64,000 nucleotides of DNA from Candidatus Omnitrophota bacterium. GTDB taxonomy: Bacteria > Omnitrophota > Gorgyraeia > Zapsychrales > JANLHA01. The notes under the pieces are model-generated. The model was not told the DNA's origin, made no database searches, and was given only the letters and a program-made list of their open reading frames with translations. Location: assembly GCA_023247795.1 (NCBI GenBank), contig JAHFFT010000003.1:12769-76768 (forward strand), given 5' to 3'. Positions 39,797 through 51,293 of the stretch are shown piece by piece (position 1 is the stretch's first letter; each line of letters opens with the position of its first letter). Made by a program: the position numbers and the translations under genes.

Positions 39797-40792
39797 ATGA
39801 AAAATATCTGTATTATTGGGAATTCTTTTTCGTCGGTAAAGGCAGCGCAAAGTTTAAGAGAAAAACTTTCGGAAAGTCAGATCCATCTTTTCCCCATGGA
39901 ACAACATCTTCCTTATGATCGGACCAGACTTTGGCAGCTGATCAATCAAGACTGTTCTTTTAAGGAGTTATCTTATCAGGAGGCCGCGTTTTATGAGGAA
40001 TTGAAAGTTCAAGTTTACACGGAGCAGAAAATTCAAAAGATCAATACCCATCGTCAGTACGTCACGACCGAAGACAAGCAAAAATTCCTTTATGATTTTT
40101 TATTGATCGCGGATACCGGTGCTGTGCAGTGGCCTGAGGTTAAGGGCGTTCAAAAAAGCGGAGTTTTTCATTTGAGAACAGCGGCAGATGCCTCGTCGCT
40201 GCTAAAGCATTTGAGTTTGAGTGAAACCGTATGCTTGCAGTCCAACAGTCTGCTGGGATTTAAGATCGCTGTTGCTTTACGGAACAAAGGAAAGGATGTG
40301 GTTTGGTTGACAGGGTCGATGGGATTAAGGGAAGAATATTACCCAAATGCCGAACGTGAAAATTTAAAAAGGGATTTGGAGGAAAAGGGTATTCGACTTT
40401 TGGAAGGTGAGTGCATTGCCGAAATCCTCGGTGATTTCGACGTGAAAGCGGTCCGGCTTCAATCCGGAAAGGTTCTGGCCGCACAGGCGATCCTTTTTCC
40501 AGACGCAGGGCCGCAGTTGCGGATTTTTAAAGAAACCGATATTGTTGTCGAGAACGGAGTTCAGTTGAATGCTTTTTATCAGACCAGTGTCGCGCAAGTC
40601 TATGGTTTCGATCGCTTGACCGTTGAGGCAGCCCTTGCCGAAGGCACGGGTCATTTTTCTGAAGTCTTAGAAAAGCAGGTGCAGGTTATTTGTCAGCATA
40701 TCTTGGGGAAAACACAGCCGACCGAACCAGAATCAGTATCTTCGGCTTCTTCAGCTCTCGATGATTCCTCGAAGGTGACACATCTTGTTTAG
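39797..40792 (+). CDS. Degenerate FAD/NAD-dependent oxidoreductase-like protein (rubredoxin reductase/NirB N-terminal fold)
   Basis: E..LPYDR..L, YD.LLIA, GVF.LRT..DA, QTS...VYG; Rossmann glycines lost. Confidence 0.75.
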   Translation: MKNICIIGNSFSSVKAAQSLREKLSESQIHLFPMEQHLPYDRTRLWQLINQDCSFKELSYQEAAFYEELKVQVYTEQKIQKINTHRQYVTTEDKQKFLYDFLLIADTGAVQWPEVKGVQKSGVFHLRTAADASSLLKHLSLSETVCLQSNSLLGFKIAVALRNKGKDVVWLTGSMGLREEYYPNAERENLKRDLEEKGIRLLEGECIAEILGDFDVKAVRLQSGKVLAAQAILFPDAGPQLRIFKETDIVVENGVQLNAFYQTSVAQVYGFDRLTVEAALAEGTGHFSEVLEKQVQVICQHILGKTQPTEPESVSSASSALDDSSKVTHLV

Positions 40793-40856
40793 TTAAGCTT
40801 GGCAAGGGGCAGACTCAGCCAAGAATGCTAAATTAATACTTGTCAAATCCACCAAT

Positions 40857-41711
40857 ATGTATTATCCTTTACCTAAGTGTAGATTAAGATTGGCTCTTCG
40901 GAAATACACCGCCTTATACGTCTTATCAATATCCATACTTAGCTTTTCGCAAAAATCAAATGCTAGTGTTTTAGAGCAGACCGCTGAGCAATATCGTGCC
41001 AAAGGTTATGAACAACAGCAGAATGGGAATTACGGTAAGGCTCTGGATTATTATTTGAAGGCGGTTTCTTTGGGGGTGGAAAGTGCCCCGCTCTACAATG
41101 ACATTGGCGTGATCTTTGAACAGATGAAAATGCCGGACAAGGCCCAGGCCAATTATTTGAAGGCCTTGGATCTTGATGGCAATTACCTGCCGCCATATAC
41201 CAATCTGGCCTATTTGCATTTGGACCATGGAAATGTTCAGCAAGCGATTGTCTTGTTTGAAGAGCGGCTTAAGCGGGCCCCGGCGGGAGACCCCTGGATC
41301 TCAAAAATCGATTCGCTCCTCATTGATATTGACCCAAAACGGCGTAAGGAAATTTTTGATAAACAGGTGCGCGGGCTTCAATCGGAAGTTGTTCAGAAAA
41401 ATCGCGATGAATTTTATTTAGAGGTGATCCGCGGTGAAAAACATTATCATCAGGGTCAAGAGTACCTCAACAATAAAAATTATGACCGCGCCATTGCAGA
41501 GTTTGAACGGGCATTGAGTGTGACCCCGCAAAATCCCAAATTGTTAAAAGCCATTGAAGAAGCCAAATATTTCCAAAGGGTTGATGGTTTGAAGAAAGAA
41601 GCGCTTGAAGCAGTAAAGGATTTGGAAGCTGGAGAGATGCAGGCAGCAAAAGAAAAGATCAAAAATTTACTCGCCAACATCCCTGACGAGTCCAATCGTT
41701 CGTCCGATTGA
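40857..41711 (+). CDS. Exported tetratricopeptide-repeat protein
   Basis: Signal-like N-terminus; repeated A..YY.KA..L / YN..G..Y TPR pattern. Confidence 0.85.
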   Translation: MYYPLPKCRLRLALRKYTALYVLSISILSFSQKSNASVLEQTAEQYRAKGYEQQQNGNYGKALDYYLKAVSLGVESAPLYNDIGVIFEQMKMPDKAQANYLKALDLDGNYLPPYTNLAYLHLDHGNVQQAIVLFEERLKRAPAGDPWISKIDSLLIDIDPKRRKEIFDKQVRGLQSEVVQKNRDEFYLEVIRGEKHYHQGQEYLNNKNYDRAIAEFERALSVTPQNPKLLKAIEEAKYFQRVDGLKKEALEAVKDLEAGEMQAAKEKIKNLLANIPDESNRSSD

Positions 41712-41758
41712 TCCAACATGTCGCTCATTATTCATAGCAATACGTAAAAGAATGACTC

Positions 41759-44344
41759 ATGGTTAATTCCCAATTGTTTCTGATCGACGCGCACGCGCTT
41801 TGTTATCGTTCGTTTTACGCTTTGCCGGAATTGACCAACCGCCATGGCCAGACCACTCAGGCCGTGTATGGATTTTTGAAAACCCTGCAAAAGATTTTAA
41901 GAGATTTTCAGCCAAGCCACATGGCGGTGTGTTTCGATAAAGAAGGAAAGACCCGTCGCCAGCAAAAGTTTGCCGAATATAAAATCCAACGGCCGGCCAT
42001 GCCAGATGGTTTGATCAGTCAAATGGCGTATATCCAAAGGTTGGTCAAGGCGTATCAGCTGCCGCTTTTTGAATGCGCTGGTTATGAGGCCGACGATCTC
42101 ATTGCCACGATTGTCAAAGGGGTCAAGAAAAAAAATATTGAAACCATCATTGTCAGCGACGATAAAGATATGTATCAATTGGTGAACCATCAGGTCAAAG
42201 TTTTCAGTGCCCGCAAAAACGAATTCTTTGATTCCGAGGCCGTAAAAAAACATTTGGGTGTGGAGCCGGGACAGGTGGTTGATTTCATCGGCTTGGCAGG
42301 AGACAGCACCGACAATATCCCGGGGGTGCGCGGCATCGGAAAGGTGTCTGCCCAAAAATTATTAATGGAATTTGGTTCGCTGCAGAATGTTTTCAGCGAC
42401 CTTGAAAAGGTGAGTTCACCGAGCTTAAGAATGAAATTGAAAGAACAACAAGATTTGGCTTTGGTCAGCCGGGATTTGGCTTTGCTGGAAGACGCAGCCC
42501 CGATTGATTTTGATTTGCCGATGATGGCCGTCAAAGAACCGGATTACGCGAAGCTGCTTGAGCTTTTCACGGAACTTGAATTTCATCGCGATGCCAAAGG
42601 GATTGCCGGTCGTGGTTCGCCAGCGCAAACGGTTGAATTCATCGAGCATAAGTTGGAAAAGGAAGCTGATTTTAAAAAGTTTGTGCAGATGTTGCAAAAG
42701 CAAAAGGTGCTCTTTTTTTTGGCAGACTTGCCTGATGAAGAATCCGAACAGCATCTTCTTGTTGAGGGTCAGATCTATGTGACCACAGATGGGAAAGACA
42801 TTTATTCATTCCCGAAAGAAAAGCTTTCTAGCTTGAATGATGTGTGGGCAGATCAAGAAATCGTTAAGATCACGTTTGATTATAAAAAGCATTTGCGAAT
42901 ATTTCCATCGGAGAAATGCGTTGCCGGTACGGTTTTTGATGTCCTGATCGCGGCGGATCTGTTACTTGCCTCGCGGACAAATGAAGGTCTTCCTTCGATC
43001 GCTTGGCAGTATCTCAAACGTTCTATCAAAGAACAGGAAAAGCCGGCTGAGTTGGCGTCCTTGCTGGTTCAACTTTACGCGGTCTTAAGCCGGGAGCTTA
43101 AGGAAAAGGATTTGGAGAAATTGTTCGTTGAGATTGAGATGCCGCTGGTGAGTGTGCTTTATCGGATGGAGCGAGAAGGGGTCTGCTTAGATACACAGCT
43201 TTTGCAGGAACTTTCTCGTGAGTGCGAGAAGAAAATTGCAGTCCTTTTAAAAAATATTTTTGAAATTGCGGGTGAGGAATTCAATCTCAATTCTCCCAAA
43301 CAGCTCAGCAGGGTGCTTTTTGAAAAATTGGGTTTGCCGGTGATTAAAAAAATCAAGACCGGATTTTCGACCAACGAAGAGGTGTTGCAGCAGTTGGCGG
43401 AACAGCATGCCATTCCGTCGCACATTTTAGAATATCGGCAATTGGCGAAATTGAAATCAACTTATATCGACGCCTTGCCGAAGCTCCTTGATTCGCGGAC
43501 CGGACGCATCCATGCCTCTTTCAATCAGACCGGCGCCGAAACCGGACGATTGAGTTCCAATCATCCGAATTTGCAAAATATTCCGATTCGGACCGAATTG
43601 GGCAAACAGATCCGCAAGGCCTTTGTTCCTTCAAAAGCCGACCGAGTTCTCATTGCCGTGGATTATTCGCAGGTGGAACTGCGGATTCTGGCGCATTTGT
43701 CATCGGATGTGAATTTGAAGAAGGCGTTTCAGGAAGACCAGGACATTCATCAGTACACGGCCTCGTTGATCTTCAATGTCGACTTAGCGGACGTGACTGA
43801 TGAGATGCGCGATTCAGCCAAGCGGGTCAATTTCGGCATCATTTACGGGATGAGCGCTTTTGGCCTGGCGAAAGATTTGCGCATTTCGCAAGGTGAAGCC
43901 CAGACCTTCATCGACACCTATTTCGCGCGCTACGCGCAAGTGAAAAAGTTTATGGACCAGACCATTCAGGATTGTGAAAAGAACGGATATGTGACAACGC
44001 TTTTTCACCGTCGACGGTATCTGCCGGAAATCAACAACAGCAATTTGAGTGTGCGACAGTTCGCGCAACGCCAAGCGATCAATACTCCGGTCCAGGGTTC
44101 GGCAGCGGATTTGATGAAATTGGCGATGTTTAAAATTCAGGAAGACATTGATGGGCGCAAGTTGAAGTCAACAATGATCATCACGGTTCACGATGAATTG
44201 GTTTTTGACGCGTTAGCGACGGAAGAGAAGGATTTGATTGATCTGGTGAAACAGCGCATGGAGAACAGTTTGATTTTGAGCGTTCCCATCAAGGTTGCCG
44301 TCAAGCGCGGTAAGAATTGGCTGCAGATGGAGAAGGTCCGATGA
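41759..44344 (+). CDS. polA: DNA polymerase I
   Basis: 5'-3' exonuclease (EADD, GDSTDNIPGV.GIG), DYSQVELR, AK.VNFG..YG, VHDE. Confidence 0.98.
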   Translation: MVNSQLFLIDAHALCYRSFYALPELTNRHGQTTQAVYGFLKTLQKILRDFQPSHMAVCFDKEGKTRRQQKFAEYKIQRPAMPDGLISQMAYIQRLVKAYQLPLFECAGYEADDLIATIVKGVKKKNIETIIVSDDKDMYQLVNHQVKVFSARKNEFFDSEAVKKHLGVEPGQVVDFIGLAGDSTDNIPGVRGIGKVSAQKLLMEFGSLQNVFSDLEKVSSPSLRMKLKEQQDLALVSRDLALLEDAAPIDFDLPMMAVKEPDYAKLLELFTELEFHRDAKGIAGRGSPAQTVEFIEHKLEKEADFKKFVQMLQKQKVLFFLADLPDEESEQHLLVEGQIYVTTDGKDIYSFPKEKLSSLNDVWADQEIVKITFDYKKHLRIFPSEKCVAGTVFDVLIAADLLLASRTNEGLPSIAWQYLKRSIKEQEKPAELASLLVQLYAVLSRELKEKDLEKLFVEIEMPLVSVLYRMEREGVCLDTQLLQELSRECEKKIAVLLKNIFEIAGEEFNLNSPKQLSRVLFEKLGLPVIKKIKTGFSTNEEVLQQLAEQHAIPSHILEYRQLAKLKSTYIDALPKLLDSRTGRIHASFNQTGAETGRLSSNHPNLQNIPIRTELGKQIRKAFVPSKADRVLIAVDYSQVELRILAHLSSDVNLKKAFQEDQDIHQYTASLIFNVDLADVTDEMRDSAKRVNFGIIYGMSAFGLAKDLRISQGEAQTFIDTYFARYAQVKKFMDQTIQDCEKNGYVTTLFHRRRYLPEINNSNLSVRQFAQRQAINTPVQGSAADLMKLAMFKIQEDIDGRKLKSTMIITVHDELVFDALATEEKDLIDLVKQRMENSLILSVPIKVAVKRGKNWLQMEKVR

Positions 44345-45762
44345 AAATCGCGTTTTGCAGCTCAGAGGCGGTTCCCTTTGCCAAGACCGGTGGGTTAGCG
44401 GATGTTTGCGGGACACTGCCATTATCGTTGGAAAAGCTCGGGCATGAAATGATCATCTTTTTACCGTATTACCAATGCGCACGAGAGTTCGGTCTTGATA
44501 CGGTGAGGGTTCACAACGAGGTTTTGTTGGCCAGACTGGGAAAAGATATCAAAGTTTACCTGATCGAAAATGAGAAATATTTTGATCGATCGGGTCTTTA
44601 TGGTGATGACGATGGTGATTATCCAGATAATCTGGAACGTTTCAGTTTTTTTTGTTTGAAGGTCTTGGAATTGATCAAACGATTTCATCCGGACCTAGAT
44701 ATCGTTCATTGTCATGATTGGCAGACGGCCTTGATCCCCGCCTATTTGGCGTTTAAGTTTTATTTTGATGAGGATCTGAGGAAAGTCATGACGATTTTCA
44801 CAATCCATAATTTGGCTTATCAGGGGGTTTTTCCAGCCAAGGAATTACCTAAGTTAGACCTTCCGCGTTCGGTGCTGACACCAGAGGGGATCGAGTTTTA
44901 CGGAAAAATCAATTTGTTAAAAGCCGGGATCATTTACAGCCGCATGGTGACCACGGTGAGCGAGAATTACGCGAAGGAGATCCAGACGACGGAGTTTGGC
45001 TGTGGGTTGGAGGGCGTGCTCAAAAATCGAAGAGAAGGTATTGTTGGCATCTTAAATGGAATTGATCAATCGATTTGGAATCCAGCGACCGATTCCTTGA
45101 TCGCAAAGAACTATGACGGATATGATCCATCGGCGAAACAGCATAATAAGAAAAATTTAAGAGCGATTTTCAATCTGCCTGATGAACAAGACTTGCCGAT
45201 TTTTGGTTTTGTCGGCCGTCTATCGCATCAGAAGGGGTTGGATTTGATTTTAGAATCCCTGGTCTCGGGAGAGGCTACCAAAAATATAAGATGTCAGATG
45301 GTTTTTTTAGGGTTGGGTAACAAAACGTATATCAAGGAACTGAAAAAATGGGCTAACCAATGTCCGCGGCAGGTGGCTGTGTGTTTTGAATTCAGTGAAA
45401 AAACCGCTCATCAGATCTATGCCGGCTCCGATTTTTTTCTGATGCCGTCGGTCTTTGAACCCTGTGGGTTGAGTCAGATGATCAGTCTTCGTTACGGAAC
45501 GATTCCGGTGGTTCATGCCGTGGGTGGATTGAAGGATACGATTCAAGATGTGAAGGCCAAGGGGAATGGCATTGTCTTTGAAGAGCATTCAGTGAAAGGG
45601 CTCACGTCGGCTTTGCAGCGGGCCATCAAAATTTATCAGCAGAAGGAACTGTTTCAGCGGTTGGTTAAAAAGGCGGCCAGGTACGATTTTTCCTGGGAGC
45701 GTTCCGCCCAAAAATATGAACAGCTTTACGCTTCTTTAACGGTCCGTCAGAAGAGGATGTAA
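44341..45762 (+). CDS. glgA: Glycogen synthase
   Basis: KTGGLADV, HCHDWQ, HNLAYQG, MPS.FEPCGL; ATG at 44341. Confidence 0.97.
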   Translation: MKIAFCSSEAVPFAKTGGLADVCGTLPLSLEKLGHEMIIFLPYYQCAREFGLDTVRVHNEVLLARLGKDIKVYLIENEKYFDRSGLYGDDDGDYPDNLERFSFFCLKVLELIKRFHPDLDIVHCHDWQTALIPAYLAFKFYFDEDLRKVMTIFTIHNLAYQGVFPAKELPKLDLPRSVLTPEGIEFYGKINLLKAGIIYSRMVTTVSENYAKEIQTTEFGCGLEGVLKNRREGIVGILNGIDQSIWNPATDSLIAKNYDGYDPSAKQHNKKNLRAIFNLPDEQDLPIFGFVGRLSHQKGLDLILESLVSGEATKNIRCQMVFLGLGNKTYIKELKKWANQCPRQVAVCFEFSEKTAHQIYAGSDFFLMPSVFEPCGLSQMISLRYGTIPVVHAVGGLKDTIQDVKAKGNGIVFEEHSVKGLTSALQRAIKIYQQKELFQRLVKKAARYDFSWERSAQKYEQLYASLTVRQKRM

Positions 45763-45763
45763 G

Positions 45764-46360
45764 ATGTTGATCATCGGTGTGACCGGAAATTTGGGTTCGG
45801 GAAAAACATCGGTGACAAAAAATTTTGGGGCGTTGGGTGCCAAAATGATTTTTTCCGATGATGTCGTTCATGATTTGCTAAAAGAATCGACGGTGGTGAA
45901 AAGGGACATTGTTAAGCTATTCACGGAATCGGTCCTGACGAAGGGGATGATCGACCGTCAGAAATTGGCAAAAATTGTTTTTAACGAAAGGAGTCAATTG
46001 CAGCAGCTCGAAAGTATCCTTCACCCCCGTGTCATTCAGACGATCCGCCGGCAATTATCTCGTTATCAGCGTCGGAAGGTCAAAGCCGTTGTGGTTGATG
46101 TTCCTTTGTTGTTTGAGGCCAAGATGGAATCGTTGTTTGACGCGATCATCGCGGTCAGCTCAACAAGAGAGGAACAAATCCAACGGGCAAGACAACGGTT
46201 AAAGATTTCAAAAAGGGAAGCTTTGCAAAGGTTACAACGCCAGTTACCGGCAAAAGAAAAAAATCTTTTGGCGGACTTTATTATAGATAATGGTGGAACA
46301 CGGTCTCAGACCAAAAAGCAGGTCGCTGTTGTTTGGCGGGAACTGGTTCCTAAAAATTAA
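45764..46360 (+). CDS. coaE: Dephospho-CoA kinase
   Basis: [26 protein letters not shown]. Confidence 0.95.
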   Translation: MLIIGVTGNLGSGKTSVTKNFGALGAKMIFSDDVVHDLLKESTVVKRDIVKLFTESVLTKGMIDRQKLAKIVFNERSQLQQLESILHPRVIQTIRRQLSRYQRRKVKAVVVDVPLLFEAKMESLFDAIIAVSSTREEQIQRARQRLKISKREALQRLQRQLPAKEKNLLADFIIDNGGTRSQTKKQVAVVWRELVPKN

Positions 46361-46389
46361 AATTCGAAAACAAAATAAGAGGTAAGGAA

Positions 46390-47784
46390 ATGGCAAAAGT
46401 AGCATCGAAAGAAGTGAAAGACAATAAAACCAAGACGCAGGGGGAAAGTCAAATGGAAAAATCCAGTACAACCAAAACCGTGGAAAAAGAAGCTGACCGG
46501 CCGATCAGAAATGATCCGCCGAAAGGGGATGAGCAGCTCGACATCACTAAGTTGAAGGACTTGAAAATGTCGGAGTTGACCAAGATCGCCCGGGATTTGA
46601 ATTTAGACGGCGTTAGCGGAATCAAAAAACAGGAACTGATTTTTAAGATCCTTCAACATAAAGCGGAGAAGGCGGGCCTCATGTTCGGCGAGGGGACACT
46701 GGAAATCCTTTCCGAAGGGTTTGGCTTTTTACGCAGCGCCAATTACAATTATTTGCCTTGTCCGGACGATATTTACATTTCTCCGTCGCAAATCCGCCGT
46801 TTTGATTTGAAGACCGGAGACAATGTCAGCGGGCATATCCGTCCTCCTAAAGAAGGCGAGAAGTATTTTGCTTTGCTTAAAGTGGAAGCGGTGAATTACG
46901 AAAATCCCGAGCAGTCAAAGGACAAAATATTTTTTGATAATTTGACGCCGCTTTATCCGCATGACCGGGTCAAATTGGAGACGAAACCAGAAGAAGTCTC
47001 AATGCGGATCATGGATCTGTTGACTCCCATTGGCATGGGGCAGCGCGCCTTGATTGTCGCTCCTCCGTACAGTGGCAAGACGGTATTGTTGCAAAAAATC
47101 GCGAATTCGATCACAGAGAATCACCCGGACGTGATTATGATTGTCTTGTTGATTGACGAGCGTCCAGAAGAAGTGACGGACATGCAACGTGGAGTTAAGG
47201 GCGAGGTCATTGCCTCGACCTTTGATGAGCCGGCGGAACGGCATGTCCAGATCGCCGAGATCGTGCTGGAGAAAGCCAAACGTTTGGTGGAACATAAGCG
47301 CGATGTGGTGATCTTGCTCGACAGTATCACGCGTCTGGCGCGGGCGTATAACACGGTCGTTCCGCACAGTGGAAAGATCCTTTCCGGCGGTGTAGATTCG
47401 AACGCGTTGCACAAACCCAAACGGTTTTTTGGTGCGGCCCGTGCCGTTGAGGAGGGTGGCAGTTTGACGATCATCGCGACTTCGCTGGTTGACACCGGCA
47501 GCCGCATGGATGAAGTCATCTTTGAAGAATTCAAAGGAACCGGTAACATGGAGTTGCAGCTGGACCGCAATCTGTTTCAGCGTCGGATTTATCCAGCCAT
47601 TGATATCAAACGTTCCAACACCCGTCACGAAGAATTGCTGCTGTCGCAAGATGATCTTTCGCGGGTTTGGCTGTTGCGTAAGGCCATCAATGATTTGAAC
47701 GCGGCCGAGGCCATGGAATTGTTGATTGATAAGGTTTCAAAATATAAGACGAATAAAGAATTTTTGGCAAACATGAACAAGTAA
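46390..47784 (+). CDS. rho: Transcription termination factor Rho
   Basis: [35 protein letters not shown]. Confidence 0.98.
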   Translation: MAKVASKEVKDNKTKTQGESQMEKSSTTKTVEKEADRPIRNDPPKGDEQLDITKLKDLKMSELTKIARDLNLDGVSGIKKQELIFKILQHKAEKAGLMFGEGTLEILSEGFGFLRSANYNYLPCPDDIYISPSQIRRFDLKTGDNVSGHIRPPKEGEKYFALLKVEAVNYENPEQSKDKIFFDNLTPLYPHDRVKLETKPEEVSMRIMDLLTPIGMGQRALIVAPPYSGKTVLLQKIANSITENHPDVIMIVLLIDERPEEVTDMQRGVKGEVIASTFDEPAERHVQIAEIVLEKAKRLVEHKRDVVILLDSITRLARAYNTVVPHSGKILSGGVDSNALHKPKRFFGAARAVEEGGSLTIIATSLVDTGSRMDEVIFEEFKGTGNMELQLDRNLFQRRIYPAIDIKRSNTRHEELLLSQDDLSRVWLLRKAINDLNAAEAMELLIDKVSKYKTNKEFLANMNK

Positions 47785-47810
47785 AACCAGGGACTATCTT
47801 TGGAAAGCAA

Positions 47811-47868
47811 CAAGTCCCAAACTGCAAGTCCCAAGTTGCAAATGACTTGCGACATGCGACATGAGACT
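47811..47868. repeat. Inverted arrays of 7-bp tandem units (same family as 11038-11132)
   Basis: caagtcc caaactg caagtcc caagttg caaatg acttgcg acatgcg acatgag. Confidence 0.75.
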
Positions 47869-47888
47869 AATGAGGGAGGTAACAAACA

Positions 47889-48128
47889 GTGAAACAAGAA
47901 ATTCATCCTAACTACGAACAGACCACCATCACCTGTGGTTCCTGTGGCCATGTGCTGCACACCCGCTCGACAAAGAAGAATATCCGTGTGGAGATCTGTT
48001 CCCATTGTCATCCGTTTTTCACCGGAGAAAAACGTTTCGTTGATTCGGCTGGACGGATTGAGCGTTTCAAGCAGCGCTATACGGAAACGGCGACCAAGAA
48101 GTCAGATAAGACTCCGAAGAAGAAGTGA
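47889..48128 (+). CDS. rpmE: 50S ribosomal protein L31 (Cys-containing type)
   Basis: [26 protein letters not shown]; GTG start after GGGAGG. Confidence 0.97.
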   Translation: MKQEIHPNYEQTTITCGSCGHVLHTRSTKKNIRVEICSHCHPFFTGEKRFVDSAGRIERFKQRYTETATKKSDKTPKKK

Positions 48129-49192
48129 TGTTTGATAAATGTGAAAAGAACGCTCAGCGTCTTGTGGAATTGGAAAATCTGCTTGGTGATCCAAAGGTTA
48201 TCGCGGATAAACCGCAATACCAAAAGTTTGCCAAGGAATTTTCCGACTTATTTCCGGTGGTGGAGGCCTTTCGCAATCATCGGAAACTGACTCAACAAAT
48301 CGTCGAGCTGCAGGTTCTGCTCAAAGAAAAGCATGACCAGGATTTTAAGGAATTGGCCAGGTTGGAGCTCAAGGACCTCGAGGAGCAAAAGTTGGCCCTT
48401 GAAAAAAAACTTGATGACATCCTTAATCCGAAAATCCAAGAGCAGGATGTCGATTTGATTTTTGAAATCAGGGCAGGGACCGGCGGGCAAGAGGCCAGTC
48501 TTTTTGCCGCGGATTTGTACCGGATGTATTCTCGCTACGCGCAGGTCAAAGGTTGGAAGGTGGATTCTTTGAGCAGCCACGAATCAGACGCTGGTGGATT
48601 TAAAGAAGTGATCTTCGGTATTAGCGGCAAGGGGGCCGCCCGTCGTCTCAAATGGGAGGGTGGCATTCATCGCGTGCAGCGGGTTCCTTTGACGGAAGCC
48701 TCAGGGCGGATTCATACCTCGGCGGCCACGGTCGCGGTTTTGCCCGAACCGCAGGACATTGAAATCAAGATTGATCCCAAGGATTTGAAAATTGATGTGT
48801 TTCGCTCTTCCGGTCCCGGTGGACAAAGTGTGAACACCACTGATTCCGCCGTGCGCATCACACATTTAACGTCGGGCATTGTGGTGGTCTGCCAGGATGA
48901 ACGTTCACAACTCAAAAATAGATTGAAGGCGATGCGGGTGTTGCGCGCGCGTTTGCACGACAAAATCCTCCGTGAGAATTTTGAGAAGGAAACCCAAAGC
49001 CGTAAGGCGATGGTGGGGACCGGCGACCGCAGTGAAAAAATTCGTACTTATAATTTCCCCGACCGGCGGGTCACGGATCATCGCATTGGTTTCACCACCC
49101 ATCAGTTCCAGAAGATGCTTGACGGAGATTTGGATGAAATCACCGATGCTTTATTGAAAGCGGAATTAGAGAAAAAGGGGAAGGCTCGATGA
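48125..49192 (+). CDS. prfA: Peptide chain release factor 1
   Basis: EIRAGTGG, PxT (RVPLTE), GGQ, RTYN. Confidence 0.97.
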   Translation: MMFDKCEKNAQRLVELENLLGDPKVIADKPQYQKFAKEFSDLFPVVEAFRNHRKLTQQIVELQVLLKEKHDQDFKELARLELKDLEEQKLALEKKLDDILNPKIQEQDVDLIFEIRAGTGGQEASLFAADLYRMYSRYAQVKGWKVDSLSSHESDAGGFKEVIFGISGKGAARRLKWEGGIHRVQRVPLTEASGRIHTSAATVAVLPEPQDIEIKIDPKDLKIDVFRSSGPGGQSVNTTDSAVRITHLTSGIVVVCQDERSQLKNRLKAMRVLRARLHDKILRENFEKETQSRKAMVGTGDRSEKIRTYNFPDRRVTDHRIGFTTHQFQKMLDGDLDEITDALLKAELEKKGKAR

Positions 49193-49977
49193 CGGAACAG
49201 GAATTGATTCTGACCGCGATCTTGGGCTGTGAACGCGTTGATTTGTATCAAAAAGAATTGTCGTTCACGACGGTTCAGCAGGAGCGTTATCAAGATATCA
49301 CGTTCCGACGGTTGCAAGGAGAACCTTTGCAGTATCTTTTGGGAGAGACCGAGTTTTTTGGGCTGCGATTGCAGGTTGACCGCCGCACGTTCATTCCTCG
49401 TCCAGAAACCGAGGTGTTGGTGGAAACGATTTTAGCGCGCGTTCAAAATAGAAAAGCAAAAATTGACATTTTGGAGTTGGGAACGGGATCGGGGAATATC
49501 GCGGTGAGTTTGGCCAAACATCTTCCCGGGGCCAGGATTGTTACGGTTGATATCTCGGACGGGGCCTTAACCGTTGCTAAGCAAAATGCAGTCCATCATG
49601 GGGTGGCCGAGCAAATCCTTTTTCTACAAGCCGATATGGTGGATTTTTTGGCTGGACGATCAGGGGATCTTTTTTACGATTGTGTTGTGAGCAATCCGCC
49701 CTATATCCCTTCGGGACAGTTGTCGGATTTGCCAAGGGATGTTCAACAGGAGCCGCGTTTGAGTTTAGACGGAGGAGTGGATGGTTTGAAATTTTATCAT
49801 CCGTTGATTAAGGCCTGGTCATTGCTGAAAGAACAGGGGCGATTATTTTTTGAATTTGGAGATGGACAACGCCGCGCCCTAGAAGTTATATTACAGAATA
49901 AAATGGACACCTATTCCTACGAATTTGTTCAGGATTTGAGCGGTCGTGATCGGAGTGCGGTCCTACAAAAAACCTAA
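49189..49977 (+). CDS. prmC: Release factor glutamine methyltransferase
   Basis: GEPLQY, IPRPETE, GTGSG, NPPY. Confidence 0.95.
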   Translation: MTEQELILTAILGCERVDLYQKELSFTTVQQERYQDITFRRLQGEPLQYLLGETEFFGLRLQVDRRTFIPRPETEVLVETILARVQNRKAKIDILELGTGSGNIAVSLAKHLPGARIVTVDISDGALTVAKQNAVHHGVAEQILFLQADMVDFLAGRSGDLFYDCVVSNPPYIPSGQLSDLPRDVQQEPRLSLDGGVDGLKFYHPLIKAWSLLKEQGRLFFEFGDGQRRALEVILQNKMDTYSYEFVQDLSGRDRSAVLQKT

Positions 49978-49983
49978 TTCCCA

Positions 49984-51249
49984 ATGTTAGAAAAACTTGT
50001 CATTGAAGGTCAGCATCCTCTCAAAGGAACGGTTGAAATCAGCGGGTCAAAAAACGCGGTGTTGCCGATTCTGGCGGCCACCTTATTGACCGAGGGAACA
50101 TGCATCATCGAAAACGTTCCCCGTCTGCGCGATACCTTAACCATGATCGCTTTGCTGCGTTCACTGGGGAAGGACGTTGACTTCACGAAAAATACCGTTA
50201 CCGTCGGTGGGAACAAACCGTTAAAGCACATTGCCGAGTATAAATTGGTTTCGACGATGCGCGGTTCTTTTTGTGTCTTAGGGCCGCTTTTGGCAAAATT
50301 GAAAAAGGCCAAGGTCTCGCTGCCGGGCGGTTGCGTGATTGGCGTCCGTCCCGTCGACTTACATTTGAAGGGGCTCAAAACACTGGGCGTCAAATTCGAG
50401 ATTGATGGCGGGTATGTGATCGGTCATGCCCCGCGGATGAAGGGGAGTCAGATTTATTTAGGCGGGGTCTTTGGCTCATCGGTTTTAGCGACGGCCAATC
50501 TGATGATGGCCGCGACCTTGATCAAAGGAGAAACCGTGATTGATTCTGCCGCGTGCGAGCCAGAGATTTATGATCTTGGATGTTTTTTGAGTAAGATGGG
50601 GGCGCAAATAACTGGCTACGGGACGCCACGGATCGTTATCCAGGGGGTGAAGGAACTTAAGGGTGCTCATTATCGCATTGGTCCGGATCGGGTGGAAGCG
50701 GGGACGTATATTTTGCTGGCGGCCGCGACAAAAAGTTCGATCACTTTAAAAAATGCTGATTGTTCGCAGTTGGTCGCGTTGAAGGATAAATTGGAAGAGC
50801 ATGGTGTGGAACTTCAGTGTGACGCGCAAACCATTGTTGTCAAACCGAAATTTTTAAGACGTCCGACGAGCATCACCACCTATCCTTACCCAGGATTTCC
50901 TACTGATTTGCAAGCACAGTTTATGGCCCTGATGGCAAATACACCGGGAGTCAGTGTGATCACTGATAAAGTTTTTCCCGATCGGTTCATCCACATTGCC
51001 GAGTTGAACCGTATGGGCGCGCAAATCCGCCGAGAAGGAAGCATCGCGGTCGTCGAGGGGGTCCGGGTTTTGCATGGGGCTCCGGTCATGGCCTCGGATC
51101 TGCGGGCCTCAGCCGCTTTAGTGATTGCCGGACTGGCGGCAAAAGGTAAAACCGAGATCCATCGTGTCTATCATTTGGAGCGCGGCTATGAAGGGATTGA
51201 ACATAAATTGCAAAAGATCGGGGCCAAAATCAATCGGGTCAAGGAATGA
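49984..51249 (+). CDS. murA: UDP-N-acetylglucosamine 1-carboxyvinyltransferase
   Basis: GSKNA, PGGC.IG.RP.DLH, GFPTD, DLRA, RGY. Confidence 0.98.
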   Translation: MLEKLVIEGQHPLKGTVEISGSKNAVLPILAATLLTEGTCIIENVPRLRDTLTMIALLRSLGKDVDFTKNTVTVGGNKPLKHIAEYKLVSTMRGSFCVLGPLLAKLKKAKVSLPGGCVIGVRPVDLHLKGLKTLGVKFEIDGGYVIGHAPRMKGSQIYLGGVFGSSVLATANLMMAATLIKGETVIDSAACEPEIYDLGCFLSKMGAQITGYGTPRIVIQGVKELKGAHYRIGPDRVEAGTYILLAAATKSSITLKNADCSQLVALKDKLEEHGVELQCDAQTIVVKPKFLRRPTSITTYPYPGFPTDLQAQFMALMANTPGVSVITDKVFPDRFIHIAELNRMGAQIRREGSIAVVEGVRVLHGAPVMASDLRASAALVIAGLAAKGKTEIHRVYHLERGYEGIEHKLQKIGAKINRVKE

Positions 51250-51285
51250 CCCCGGTTCTGACCTGCGAGGTCAGAAGTTGGGTTC
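51248..51285. repeat. REP-like palindrome between murA and trpG
   Basis: ttctgacct-gcg-aggtcagaa perfect 9-bp stem (51256-51276); no U-tract. Confidence 0.6.
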
Positions 51286-51293
51286 AATAATTT

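Noticed and set aside
51250-51293. trp attenuator or leader peptide before trpG
   Set aside because: 44-bp gap with one hairpin, no Trp-codon leader ORF and no U-tract.
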